Positions 25,380 through 37,781 are shown, counted from the first letter of the stretch. The stretch: DNA of 64,000 bases from Octopus sinensis (GCF_006345805.1 NC_043000.1:149296001-149360000), one strand, 5' to 3'. Program-made: numbers and translations. Notes: a model not told the origin generated them from the letters alone.

Positions 25380-26140
25380 TCAAGTGAAACTTGAAGGAGT
25401 TGATCAGGGATTGGCCACAGAGAAAAGTACTTGTCAGTGGCTACGGAACTCAGGGCTAGAGGCAGAGAGGGAAGGCTTTATCTCAGCTGCTCAAGATCAG
25501 AGCTTATTGACCCAGAACTATGAAGTCAATGTGATGAAAAATGGAGTAGACCCAAGGTCTACAACGATGAAATTAACAGTAGGCCACCTAGTCTCTGCAA
25601 CGATGAAATTAACAGTAGACCACCTAGTATCTGAGTGTAAGGTTTAAGAACCTGTAGAGTATTAATCAAAACATGACAGAGTTGGCCAATACCTACACTG
25701 GATATGTCGGCATTATAAAATAAAAACTGCTGACTAATGTTACAAGCATCTTCCTGAGACTGTAACTGAGGGAGAAAATGTAACGATTCTTTGAGACTTT
25801 CCAGTACATACAAACCGGACTCTCAAAGCTAATAAACCAGATATTGTTGTGAAAGACCAAAACAATAAAGCCTGTTTATTGATTGACACGAACATGCCTT
25901 GTGATCATATCTCGGTAAAAGAATTTGATAAACTCAGACTGTATAAAGATTTGCTGATCGAAATCGAAAAAATATGACATCTCCAGACGGTTACAATACC
26001 AGTGATTATAGGAGCAGTTGGAATTGTCAAAAAAAAACTGAAAATTATTTAAGAATGATCTCTGGCTTACCATCCATGCAGGAAGTGCAAAAGATTGTCT
26101 ACACTGGTACGTCACTCGTACTTAGAATAGCATTGTCGCT
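25380..26140 (+). pseudogene. Dong/R4-like LINE C-terminal fragment with restriction-like endonuclease
   Basis: AAQDQSL, HDRV..YLHW, WDFPVHT...NKPDIVV and IGAVG motifs, with stops. Confidence 0.75.
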
Positions 26141-27807
26141 TTGAATTATCTTTGCCTTTTTCCCTTTATTTTCTTCTTTCCTTTTTCTCTCTGCTTTTCT
26201 ACCCTTTTTTTTCTATCACATGACTGTTTAAATGAACGATCTGGTGTGTTTATTTTAATGGCCTTACATTGTATACTGTGAGTTTCTTTGTCCAAGCTGT
26301 TGGGAAGACGCTGGACAAAAAATGGAAACAAAATAGAAAGAAGCGGATAATAATAATAATAATAATAAACTGCTCATATCCTACGGTGCTCACGGGAACT
26401 GCTCATATCCTACGCAAAATACTCTCTATGTAATCCCAAGGTTTAAAACAAAAGTTTTTTTTATGTATTAGACATTCACTAGTACAACACAAAAAAACCC
26501 CAAATATATGGCACACTAGGCATAACAACAACGTGAACTTCCAACCTGTTGTCTCTTGAGGTCTCTGGGTGAGACTTGGAGCCAACTTGTACAGATATAA
26601 AGCAAAAGTCAAACATAGAATAATAATAATAATATCAATATTAATAATGATAATAATATCAATATTAATAATAATAATAATAATAATAATAATTATTATT
26701 ATTATTATTAATTTAAGATATATGGACAGAGAAAAAGTGAAGGAAACCAAAAGCAAAGTAAATGACGTTTTAAGCTTGATTAAAAAAACCATCAGTGAAA
26801 CAAACCATAGAAGGCTACAAACGAACAACTGAAGATATATAAAAGCAGATGAAAAGAAAGAACCAAACTGGAAGAAGAGAATACGAACGAAGCTGGAAAA
26901 GACACAGAAACGACTGAGGCAATTGAACAGGATAATGAGAGGAGAGCTCAAAAATAAGGTAGTAATCAGAATATTGAATGGACAATACAGGTTAAAAGAA
27001 AGGTGAAATTAAACAGTACAAGAAGAATTGACACAAAAGGCGACAGCGTTAAAGGCCAAATTGAAAAGATATGATACTAGATGCAAAGGTGTCGAACAAA
27101 ATAGACTGTTCCTATCAAATAGAAGGCGTCTATTTGAGGAAACAGAGGGTGGCCAACACCAGGAACTGATTCCAGATGCGGAAGAAGGTAAAGAATTTTG
27201 GGGAAGGCTGTGGAACAGGCTAGCCATACATAAAGAAGGCGCGGTATGGCTAACAAAGGTGGAAAGACAAGTTGCAATTGTGCCGAAACAAAAGGACATC
27301 AACATTAATCTATATGCAGTACGACAGAAGTTTTAAAAAATAGCAAATTGGAAAGGACCAAGCCTAGATGGAACAGAAAGCTATTGGCAGAAGACCATTA
27401 CACAGTTGCATGAAAGGATCGCTGCGCAACTGGATGACTACCTGCAGCAGAGTCACGCGTCTGTCTGGATGAGAAGTGGACGAATGCTTCTATGTTTCAA
27501 GGATCTTTTGAAAGGGAACTTAGCATCAAGTTTTCGACCTATAAGCTGTTTACCACTAATGTGGAAGCCTATGACCGGTGTCTTAATGGAAAGGTTATAC
27601 AACCATCTGGAAAGTAACAATCTACTTCCAGAAGAACAGAAAGGATGCAGGAAAGAAAGTAGGGCAGGAAAAGATCACTTATTTGTTGATAAGATGATAA
27701 TTAGAAATTGTAGACGCAGATTGACGGGACTGAATGTAGCATGGCCAGATTACAAAAATGCATAAGACACGGTACCACACAATCGGATAAGTAAAACAAT
27801 GAGCATA

Positions 27808-27978
27808 GACGCAGGAGTGGCTGTGTGGTAAGTAGCTTGCTTACCAACCACATGGGTCCGGGTTCAGTCCCACTGCTTGGCACCTTGGGCAAGTGTCTTC
27901 TGCTATAGCCCCGGGCCGACCAATGCCTTGTGAGTGGATTTGGTAGACGGAAACGGAAAGAAGCCTGTCGTATATATG

Positions 27979-28012
<34 letters not shown>

Positions 28013-28032
28013 ATATATTATATATATATATA

Positions 28033-28111
<79 letters not shown>

Positions 28112-28368
28112 GTGTGTGTGTGGTGTGTGTGTGTGTGTGTGTATGTTTGTGTGTCTGTGTTTGTCCCCCTAGCATTGCTTGACTACCGATGCTGGTGTGT
28201 TTACGTCCCCGTCACTTAGCGGTTCGGCAAAAAGAGACCGATAGAATAAGTACTGGGCTTACAAAAGAATAAATCCCGGGGTCGATTTGCTCGACTAAAA
28301 GGCGGTGCTCCAGCATGGCCGCAGTCAAATGATTGAAACAAGTAAAAGAGTAAAAAAAAGAGAGAGAG
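27808..28368 (+). mobile_element. SINE family A inside Dong-like LINE
   Basis: Homology; expanded internal microsatellite. Confidence 0.9.
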
Positions 28369-28557
28369 TTTGGAATAGCAAAAAAACATGGAGAAAATTC
28401 TTAAGGAAAGTATGAAACCCTGGAATACTGAACTGATCGGAGGAAAAGAAAAACTCGAAAAAGTGAACACCAGACATGGAATATTCTAAGGTGATAGCTT
28501 ATCTCATTTCTGTTCGTATTGGCCATGACAACACTCACTATTATATTACGAAAAGTT

Positions 28558-29100
28558 GTGGAGGCGCAATGGCCCAGTGGTTAGGGCAGTGGACTCGCGG
28601 TCATAGGATCGCGGTTTCGATTCCCAGACCGGGCGTTGTGAATGTTTATTGAGCGAAAACACCTAAAGCTCCACGAGGCTCCGGGAGGGATGGTGGTGAT
28701 CCCTGCTGTACTCTTTAGGAGGCGCAATGGCCCAGTGGTTAGGGCAGCGGACTCGCGGTCATAAGATCACGGTTTCGATTCCCAGACCGGGCGTTGTGAG
28801 TGTTTATTGAGCGAAAACAGCTAAAAGCTCCACGAGGCTCCGGCAGGGGATGGTGGTGATCCCTGCTGTACTCTTTCACCACAACTTTCTCTCACTTTCC
28901 TGTTTCTGTTGTACCTGCATTTCAAAGGGCCGGCCTTGTCACTCTCTGTGTCACGCTGAATATCCCCGAGAACTACGTTAAGGGTGCACGTGTCTGTGGA
29001 GTGCTCAGCCACTTACACGTTAATTTCACGAGCAGGCTGTTCCGTTCATCCGGATCAACCGGAACCCTCATCGTCGTAACCGAGGGAGTGCTTCCATTCC
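28558..29100 (+). mobile_element. SINE family B with duplicated head and 13-bp TSD
   Basis: Heads at 28560 and 28718; ATTACGAAAAGTT at 28545..28557 and 29101..29113. Confidence 0.9.
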
Positions 29101-30809
29101 ATTACGAAAAGTTAAAATTGCTTACAATTTGGGAAAAGGAAATGATCAGATAAATCATCCCCTTTTCGTGGATTGTAAAAAAGGTTTATGTGAAAAATAA
29201 GAAGCAGCTTGAAAAATCTTGTAGATACTATCCGCATTTTCTCAAATGACGTAGGTATAGAATTTGGGATAGAAAAGTGTGCTATAATGAAAATGAAACG
29301 AGGAAGATTTGAAAGAAGCCAGAGAATTGAAATGCCAAATGGGCAAACGATGAGACCGGTTGAAAAAGAACAGTGGTGTAAGGTAAGTACTTGGGAATAC
29401 TGGAAGCAGATAAGATGAAGAAATGAATCAAATTACCAGTAGGGAGTACACAAGGAAGGTAAGTAAATTATTGCAGTCAAAGATGAATTCCAAAAATCTT
29501 ATTGAAGCAATAAATTCAACTTTAGAGAACCATTGAAGACGTACGTGGAACAAAATCCTGGGCTTAGTTAAAAAGGGGCAATTAAAAAAAGAAACAGAGA
29601 ACCTAATAATCGGATATGGAGTTGAAACTATAGACAGGACCAGAAACGATATAAATGAACTTGAGAGAAAAACTAGGAAGTTGTTGACGATGTATGGAGC
29701 CCACCATCCGAACCTGATATCAACCGGCTGTACTTGAGGAGAGACCAGGCTGAAAGAGGCGAAATAGCAGTAGAATAATGTGTATAGATTAGAAGAAGTC
29801 TAGTAGAGTATTTACAGAATAGGACAGAACAACTACTAAAAACAGTTAATAAAGAACAGGTGATGAAGCGCATAGTAGGGGAAAAGGACAAGAATGAAAT
29901 ACAAAGAGAACACGTCAGACATCGAAGAGAACCATCTGCATGGCCAACTTTAGAGAACCATTGAAGACGTACGTGGAACAAAATCCTGGGCTTAGTTAAA
30001 AAGAGGCAATTAAAAAAGAAACAGGGAACCTAATAATTGTAGCAGCCTAAGATCAAGCGATAAAGATAAACAACTTGAGAAAAAATATATATGGAGAGAA
30101 TGTGTCACAAAAATGTAGAACCTGTAGAACTTGGAACGAGACAGTGATACACATTGTGGAAGAATGCCCCAAGTAGGCACAAGAAGAATATAAGAAATAT
30201 GGAGACATGACCAGGTTGTAATAGTTATACACTGGAATCTGTGCCAGAAATGGGGATTTGATGCTGGAAACACATGGTACAGTCGAAAGAATACTAGAGT
30301 TGGAGAAACGTAATATTTTGTGGGTCTTTCCTATTCAAACGGAATAGTTAGAAAATAATAGAGCAGATATAACAATTATAGATAAGGAAAATCGAAATTG
30401 TTTACTTATCGACCCATCATGCCCGTTTGATTCCAGGATAGTAAAGAAAGAGGAAGCAAAAACAAAGAAAATACAATCCCTTAAAATTTGAAACAGGGAA
30501 AATTTGGAGCGTGAGAACAGTAAAGGTCATGCCTATAATAATTGGTGCGCTGGGAACAGTAGGCCAAGATGTAGACAAATAGCTGAAGGAGATTGAAATA
30601 GAATGCCCGGTAGAGCTCCTACAGAAAGTTTGTCTCTCAGGGACAGCAAGTGTTATCAGAAGGGTTCTAAGCACTTGAAAGACTACAGAAAAATTGTGGA
30701 TACCTAAGGTTAGAGGTAGTAACACGCTACCCACATAAATCCTACCATGAATAAGAACAAAGCTGAGCCAAACCAAAATAATAATGATAACAACAACAAC
30801 AACAGCAAC

Positions 30810-30850
<41 letters not shown>

Positions 30851-30851
<1 letters not shown>

Positions 30852-31351
30852 TGGAAGTGTTATCATGTACATTGTTTTGTCTTGGTATAAAAGATGGGCT
30901 ACAGCAAATATTCTGCTCAATACCACAGATTTGCTTGTCAGTTGTTTGACCTTAACCAGTGAGCATGTCCCTTCGTGGCTGACAATATGTGCATCTCTGA
31001 TCACGAGCAGAAGTAGTGGGGGAGCATCATAGCCATGTGTTGAGAGGGATTCTTTGGGGTTTGAATAGTTCACCTCTGGAAACATGGGTGGTTCTTTCAA
31101 CATCCTTAAACAACCCTTATTCAGGGACCGTTTGAGCGGGATGGGCTACTCAATCTGAAGAAAATTCTAACTGGGCCCCACTGCAAGGTCATGTGCTGTT
31201 TATCTTGATATGAGATCACCATGTCGCGCACATATGGTTGTGATGCATGTGCCTGGTGTACCTTTATCAGACGGGTAGTCATGATGGGTATATTGGGCTT
31301 CGTATATTTTACCCCAGTGTCACTTTGATGGCATGCACTGCTCTCTCACTC
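30851..31351 (+). mobile_element. ~500-bp non-coding (AAT)n-tailed retroposon, copy 1
   Basis: Three homologous copies share a 3' end (CTCTCTCACT then AAT repeats) and have variable 5' ends. Confidence 0.8.
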
Positions 31352-31387
<36 letters not shown>

Positions 31388-31548
31388 CTAGCAGTACCCG
31401 TGGAAATTCCACGATAAGTGCAAAATTATTTAAAAGGTTTAAGTATATATAGGTTTACATAGGTCCATAAAAATTATCGTTCCTTTATAAATTGTATATT
31501 CTGCAGTATTTTCATTTAAAATCACCATCCAGTTGATCTGGATAAGGC
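31388..31548 (-). mobile_element. Helitron 3' end (third family)
   Basis: CGTGGAATTTCCACG hairpin followed by GGTACTGCTAG|T on the minus strand. Confidence 0.55.
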
Positions 31549-31550
31549 TG

Positions 31551-32470
31551 TGTAGCGGATGCTTAGTGAAATTCTCTCTCTCTCTCTCTCTCTCTGTAAT
31601 ATATAACATAAATACGGACGTAGTAGATAACAGCTAGTCTTCGGCCGCTTGGACCCTGTTGTGTCCACTACTCTGATTGGTTGGTATTGGCGCAGTTTGT
31701 CTCTTGCTTTATTACGCGCCAATATAAAACCCAACCAATCTCAGCCTTCTGATAAGGTCATATGAGACAGTCTCTTCTGGATCTCCGTTTTCGCCGGTTA
31801 ATCCCTATAAAAAGCTAGTTTTCAACACCGTATTTCGTCTTTCGGTTCTAGACCTTCTAAGGTCTAACCACTGACCACAGAGCACACAACCAGTTCCAGC
31901 GACAGACAACACCAGCAGCATCAAGACATCCATCTCCGTCGCCTTCGTCTTCTTAAAGACGCCAACCACATCTCTAGGTACACAGCAACCGTCGCCAGGT
32001 TCTGTCTCTACACTGTTTGTGAATTATTTCACCATTGTTAACAGCAAATGCAACCTGCGAGATCTTCCTGTATCAAGTGACCAGCAGCGGCATCGTAGCC
32101 ACAACTTCTTACACGACATGTGCTTCAACCGGCTCCGCTTCTTCGCCACAACTTCTTGTTACAGCATTTCAGCTATTGTGTACCTTACTACGAACTGGTA
32201 TTTATCATCATTGAGTGTGAACAATCTTCTAACGTCCTGTTATAGACTCTTTCCATGCTCTGTATTTTATCTCACACGCATACACCCTTGTTTGTACACA
32301 CATATACATTATGTATGCATGACAGCCTGTCTATTGTTATTATTATATATGTACATATGTCGCACACAAAGAAACACACACATGTTAACACCTAAATAAA
32401 ATCTTCTCTTAAACCTTATATCGGTTGTGTCTTTCTTTTCCTTCTGGCACTCATACTCATTTATTGTAAG
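31551..32470 (+). mobile_element. Possible solo LTR
   Basis: Starts TGTAG; has CCAAT motifs, TATAAAA near 31807 and AATAAA near 32395. No matching TSD or clear CA end was found. Confidence 0.3.
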
Positions 32471-32475
32471 CGACC

Positions 32476-32605
32476 GTGCGGAATGCTCACAACCGCCATA
32501 TTCCTACCGCTCTATGCCACGCTGGTGAGACCCATATTGGAGTACGGGATTCAAGCCTCTTCTCCTTATCTCCTCAAAGACATACAGCATCTCGAAAGAT
32601 AGGTG
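32476..32605 (+). pseudogene. CR1-like RT C-terminal fragment
   Basis: IFLPLYATLVRPILEYGIQASSPYLLKDIQHLER. Confidence 0.7.
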
Positions 32606-32824
32606 AAAATCCGCGAAGTAGAAACAGTGCTGTATATTTTAAAAATTATTTTTATAATTTGGATATATTTATTTTATCATGAATGCAAACCAAACCGCGG
32701 AGAAATCAACGTAAGCTTAAATAATAAGTCGTGATAGATGAACTGCGATATAGCGAGGGATGACTGTATATATATATATATATGTTAACTATGCAATACA
32801 AAGTTGCTAATCTTTTACCTGATA

Positions 32825-33208
32825 TCTCTCTCTATATAAACGGCAGTTTGTCTGTGCGTTTTCTGTGTGTCTGTTTTCTCGTACCCTCACCCTGACCACG
32901 GCTTTCAACCGATTCTGATGAAACTTGACACACACATAGCCCAATGTCATAATTCAAAACTAACGCAGCGAAAATTTTGAAAAGTTCCCCCAGTTCTGAA
33001 AAAAATCGATAAATTCGACATGGGGTCGAGAATCAGAAACCCAAACCACAGACCGTCTAGGGGACGCAACTCCACCTTTTTTAACTCTCAAAAAAAATTT
33101 ACCATCATTTTTTTTCCATTTTTTTGCTATTTTTTGGCTATAACTCTCTAAAAATGCTTTATAGTTATTTCCCTTACAAACCTGAGCAACGCCGGGCGAT
33201 ACTGCTAG
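32825..33208 (+). mobile_element. Non-autonomous Helitron with a different 5' head on the common 3' end
   Basis: The 3' ~130 bp and CTAG match 1073..1371; the 5' portion is unrelated. Confidence 0.75.
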
Positions 33209-33475
33209 TAAGTATATAAAGACTGGTTTGTTACCGTTTGAAATCCAGCGGTTCAAAGACTAGCGGTTTGATGCTCAATAACTTTAATTTGTGAGCGCAA
33301 AGATAAACAAATTCGTTTACACTTAACTAGAAATAATTGTGTTTGCAGCTTGAGCGGATTAGCGTGATATTGATTGTTAAAGATATCTATCCTTAAAAAT
33401 GTGTCAAAGATTACTTAAAGCCAGATAGATGCATTAAACGATTTCTTTTGTCCCACCTGCAGTGTTTCACTACAG

Positions 33476-34876
33476 AAAAAAGCGAGGTTTACACAATTCG
33501 ATATTGTTGATTTTTATGCCTCTATCTCTAAAGAACTGCTAGATAAAGCCCTCATCTTCGCTAGTGACTTCATAGAAATTAGTACCAATGATAAGGAAAT
33601 AATCTTCCATGCTAGAAAGACCTTACTTTTCAGTGAGGACGCAAAGTGGGTAAAAAACACCGACACAGAGGACGCTTTCGATGTGAGCATGGGTTCATAT
33701 GATGGGGCAGGCATCTGTGATCTAATTGGACTTTTTCTCCTAGATACCTTAGGTAAGACATTCCCTAACGTACATTTCGCCATCTACAAAGATGATGCCC
33801 TCGCCTTAACAGCTAATACAAATGGACCAGCACAAGATCGTTTTAGGAAGGATATTATCCAGTTAATGAAGGACTTCGGACTTAGTATAACTATAGATAC
33901 TAACTTGATGGTTGTCAATTTCTTAGACGTTTCCTTAGATCTTAATAAGAATATTTATAAGCCTTATAGGAAGCCCAATGATAGACTAAGTTATATTAAT
34001 GTAGGTTCATGCCATCCCCCTATAGTATTCAAAAATTTAGTTAAAAATATTAGTAAGAGGATTTCTAGCCTCTCATCTGATGAGGACATCTTCTATAGCG
34101 TTGCCCCAGTTTATAATAAGGCTTTAAAAGATAGTGGTTTTAGCGATAAAATAAAATATACACCTATCACTAGCCCAACAGTAAAGAAAAGGAATAATAG
34201 AAATAGGAAGGTCATCTGGTTTACGCCCCCTTACTCACCCGAGGTGGCCTTCAATATAGGTAAATATTTCCTAGCACTGATAGATAGACATTTTCCAGTT
34301 AACCATACTTATAGGAAACTCTTCAATAGACACAATTTAAAAATTAGTTTTAGTTCAACTACCAATTTTAAAAACATAATCAAACATAACATACAAAACA
34401 CACAAGAAGAAAACAGCTGTTCATGCAGGAATAAAGAATTGTGTCCGCTAAATGGAGCTTGCATGTCCAAGACCATCATATATGAAGCTACCGTAAACTC
34501 TATAACCACCAAAGACACCGTTTCGACGAAGAAATATGTGGGCCTTACAGAGGGTAATTTCAAGGCCAGGTTCAATAACCACACTTTGAGCTTTAGGCAC
34601 TGGAACAAAAGAAAAGCGACACAATTGTCTAATCATATTTGGTCTTTAAGAGATAAAGGTGTCGATTATAACATACAATGGAAGATTTTGGCCAGATGTA
34701 AGCCCTATACTAACGGCAGCGGAAGGTGCGGTGTATGCGACATGGAGAGATGGCTTATCTGGAAAAGCAGCTTAGACCCTACTACATGTCTAAATACAAG
34801 GACAGAGCTTTTCGGATCATGCCCACATGTGACTAAGTTTCTGTTACGTTTTTGGTCCCCTAAAGAAAACAGATAG
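33476..34876 (+). CDS. Penelope-like element ORF (Naiad-type motifs): 5'-truncated RT plus GIY-YIG, no internal stops
   Basis: Frame is open upstream of the called ORF (FDIVDFY at 33497). Contains MGSYDGA, YKDD, CSCR..CPL..C, IIY...YVG and CGVCDME. Confidence 0.9.
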   Translation, partial: KKARFTQFDIVDFYASISKELLDKALIFASDFIEISTNDKEIIFHARKTLLFSEDAKWVKNTDTEDAFDVSMGSYDGAGICDLIGLFLLDTLGKTFPNVHFAIYKDDALALTANTNGPAQDRFRKDIIQLMKDFGLSITIDTNLMVVNFLDVSLDLNKNIYKPYRKPNDRLSYINVGSCHPPIVFKNLVKNISKRISSLSSDEDIFYSVAPVYNKALKDSGFSDKIKYTPITSPTVKKRNNRNRKVIWFTPPYSPEVAFNIGKYFLALIDRHFPVNHTYRKLFNRHNLKISFSSTTNFKNIIKHNIQNTQEENSCSCRNKELCPLNGACMSKTIIYEATVNSITTKDTVSTKKYVGLTEGNFKARFNNHTLSFRHWNKRKATQLSNHIWSLRDKGVDYNIQWKILARCKPYTNGSGRCGVCDMERWLIWKSSLDPTTCLNTRTELFGSCPHVTKFLLRFWSPKENR

Positions 34877-35062
34877 AACATACTTTCTATGTTATGTCCC
34901 AAGAAGAATTTATATATTTTTATATATTTTTATATATTTTTATGTATTTTTATATAATTTTTATGACGAAAAATGCGAGCGATGTATAAGTACGCAGGCA
35001 AGCAGAGTTATAACAGAGTAATTTCCCTTTATTTAACGGTATTTTTTCATAACGTTTTCAAA

Positions 35063-35136
35063 TAGCCAGATAACCGAAGAGATGGTGTTGTGGATTTCCA
35101 CTTCGGCATCTGAAACTCAGAGTTTTATCTTGACTA
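35063..35136 (+). ncRNA. Minimal type-I hammerhead ribozyme (U4C core) in PLE 3' pLTR
   Basis: AGAUAA-CCGAAGA-[GAUG...CAUC]-U-GAAA-CUCAGAG-UU|UUAUCU; stem I is at least 6 bp and extends further. Confidence 0.7.
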
Positions 35137-35264
35137 CCGAGTAATGTAACATATTGTATAGATAAATTTCCTCTATTTACATAATATTGAGGTCTCTTTC
35201 TTTCTTTTGTTATCTTACCGTTTTATCAATATATATATATATATATATAAAAAAAAGACTCCGC

Positions 35265-35300
<36 letters not shown>

Positions 35301-35426
35301 ACAATTGACTTTCATCAATTATTATGTTTTAATTCAATACAAACAGACTGTATCCTATCTAACAGTTGTTTCTACTTCCAATGTTATATGGTATTGCCAT
35401 TGATATTTTAAAGATAATATTCATCA

Positions 35427-35582
35427 TATTTGGTAATAAATCCGATCTTGAACATGGAGCTTAATCAAAGTGAAGAAAAGTATATACATAAAAGAAAAGG
35501 GCTCTTCTTCTTTTCTTTTATGTATGTATTTTTCTTCACTCTGATGAAGCTCCATGTTCCAGATTGGATTTATTACCAAATA
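35427..35582. repeat. Fold-back (73-bp arms, 10-nt loop) containing CTGATGA
   Basis: The arms differ at about 6 positions by eye. Confidence 0.85.
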
Positions 35583-35690
35583 CAATGCATATATGTTTGT
35601 ATGTATGTATGTATGTATGTATGTATGTATGTATGTATGTATGTATGTATGTATTATGTATGTATGTATGTATGTATGTATGCATGCATG

Positions 35691-35743
<53 letters not shown>

Positions 35744-35839
35744 CGGGAAGCTTTATGAAAATAAACAAAAGACGAAGGCAGGTGGAGTACAAACAAACAA
35801 TTGTATTAGTATGGCGCTCAGGAATATAAATAAAACAAG

Positions 35840-35877
35840 TCTTTTACGTTTCGAGCCTACGCTCTTCAACAGAAAGA
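35840..35877 (-). ncRNA. Ultra-minimal hammerhead variant (CUGUUGA core)
   Basis: UCUUU-CUGUUGA-A-GAGC(GUAG)GCUC-GAAA-CG-UA|AAAGA; helix III is the palindrome ACGU. Confidence 0.55.
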
Positions 35878-35911
35878 TACACAGAAAAGAAACACGGAGA
35901 GAAAAAAAAAT

Positions 35912-35959
<48 letters not shown>

Positions 35960-36139
35960 ATGTATATATATACATGTATGTACTCTCTTCTATTTTTTGA
36001 TTATTATAAATCTTCCACTGAGGAGGGAACCGGTTTCTAACAAAGATACAAGGCTCCATCATTGGGGTGTAGTTAACACAGACAAATTCACATTTGGAAC
36101 TTGAGAACAGTTTAGCACTTGTAATTGCACTTGTAATGT

Positions 36140-37010
36140 ACGAATCAGCTGGTCAGTTTCTCTCTCTGAAAATCACAGTTTATCCATATTCTCTTTTTAG
36201 CATGTATTAACAAAACCCAGTGTTCCAATTATTATTGGTATGAATCTGAATTCATAGTCTGGATATAGAAGCTGGAGGTTTTGAATCAGTTGTTCAAAGA
36301 TATCCTCTTTTTCTTTGATTTTCAAAGAGATATTTATATCTGCAGTGAGCTGACATCCATCCTAAATATCAATATCCGGCCTGTTATGTTAAAATTTGAC
36401 AAGTTTGAATGGGAATATTCTACCAGTATTCCTTGAAATGGTGTTTATGAATGTATTTCATAACAGGACAGTCTTATTTTGCTGATGGCATTGTAAATTG
36501 TTTTAGCAACAACATTGTGCCGCATAGGGAGGTAGTACTGTGACGACATTTTTGTGTAGCTGCTAACCACATGCGTGATGTCTTCCACAGAAACATGACA
36601 TAGCCTACACATGCGGTCAGCCTTGGGATTACAAGAGCGTCACCGTCTCTTGTTCACCAGGTACTTTGTGGCAATCTCCTGTTCCTGGATTGCAAACGTA
36701 TAGCCTTCAAAGTGTGATGTAATGTTGTGGTCTTGTGTCCAAGAGAGGATGCGCTTCGTGGCAATTCTTCTGTCTTCAAGCTTCTGGGCAACATACCCAT
36801 GCATAGTGTTTTTTATGTGTGCTGACTGGTTTCCATCTAGGTCTTCTCTCAGGAAACAGAGCCCAGCTGTTTTGGGGCTGTATAGGAGATCATCAGGAAG
36901 AGAGTGTTTCTTGAGGAGTTTACAGCCAACTTGTACAATATTGCTCGCTTCACTTTTCACCACTGCATTTATATACTTATTTTTCTGCTGTTGTTTAGCA
37001 GGTGTTGCCT
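36140..37010 (-). pseudogene. Dong/R4-like LINE C-terminal fragment
   Basis: FAIQEQEIATKY, CRLCHVSVEDITHVVS (CCHC-like) and RHNVVAK. Confidence 0.7.
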
Positions 37011-37295
37011 GAGTGATACCTTATGGCATCCGAAGGCCGTCTGCTCTGATCTTAGGCCTCTACCATTTCCATTTCTTCTTAGGTAGAGCCTGTCAACATC
37101 ACTGTTTCTGTGGAATTTCCCAGTTGTTACCAAGATTTTGCTGGTTTTTGATATATATGGAGTGGATTTCCTCTACAGAGCAACCAAGTATCCCAAATGT
37201 TGGGATCAACGCTAGTACTGCAAATACATTGTATGTATGTATGTATGTATGTATGTATGTATGTATGTATCTATGTATGTATGTATGGATCTGAA

Positions 37296-37590
37296 GGCGC
37301 AGTGTATGGGGCTCAATCATGAGGTAGTAAGTTCGATTCCCAGACGGGGCTGTGTGAGCAAGTCACTTTATTTCACGTTACTCCAGTTCAATCAGTTATA
37401 GAAATGAGTTGTGACGTATCGGCCTCTGCCTTCCATTTGGATATCATCGGTGGCGCGGAAAGGGGAGACTGGTATGCATGGATGACTGCTGTCTTCCGTG
37501 AACAATCTTGCCCGGACTTGTGCCTCGGAAGAGAACTTTCAAGGTGCAATCCTATGGTCATTCATGGCTAAAGGGGGTTCCTACCCCTTT
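37296..37590 (+). mobile_element. tRNA-headed SINE family C
   Basis: GTTCGATTCCCAGAC B-box head resembling family B, with a distinct 3' half that recurs at 60396..60580. Confidence 0.7.
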
Positions 37591-37617
37591 TTATGTGTGT
37601 GTCTGTCTGTCTGTATG

Positions 37618-37781
37618 TATTTCTTTACTACCCACAAGGGGCTAAACATAGAGGGGGCAAACAAGGACAGATAAAGGGATTAAGTCGAATACATCGACCC
37701 CAGTTCGAAACAGGTACTTTATTTATCGACCCCGAAAGGATGAAAGGCAAAGTCGACCTCGGCGGAATTTGAACTCAGAAC
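37618..37781 (-). mobile_element. SINE family D, 5' truncated
   Basis: Reverse complement of the core and tail of 19244..19470. Confidence 0.85.

Larger units (their letters stand above)
26711..30775 (+). mobile_element. Dong/R4-like non-LTR retrotransposon, decayed, with two nested SINEs
   Basis: RT motifs FRPISCLP, EEQKGCR and DYKNAYDTVPH; CCHC knuckle CRTC..H..C near 30115; REL domain ADI..ID..PFD; bounded by (AAT)n arrays. Confidence 0.85.

Noticed and set aside
36010-36070. Hammerhead around GAAACCGGTT (minus strand)
   Set aside because: A helix III palindrome is present but there is no CUGANGA core or stem I.
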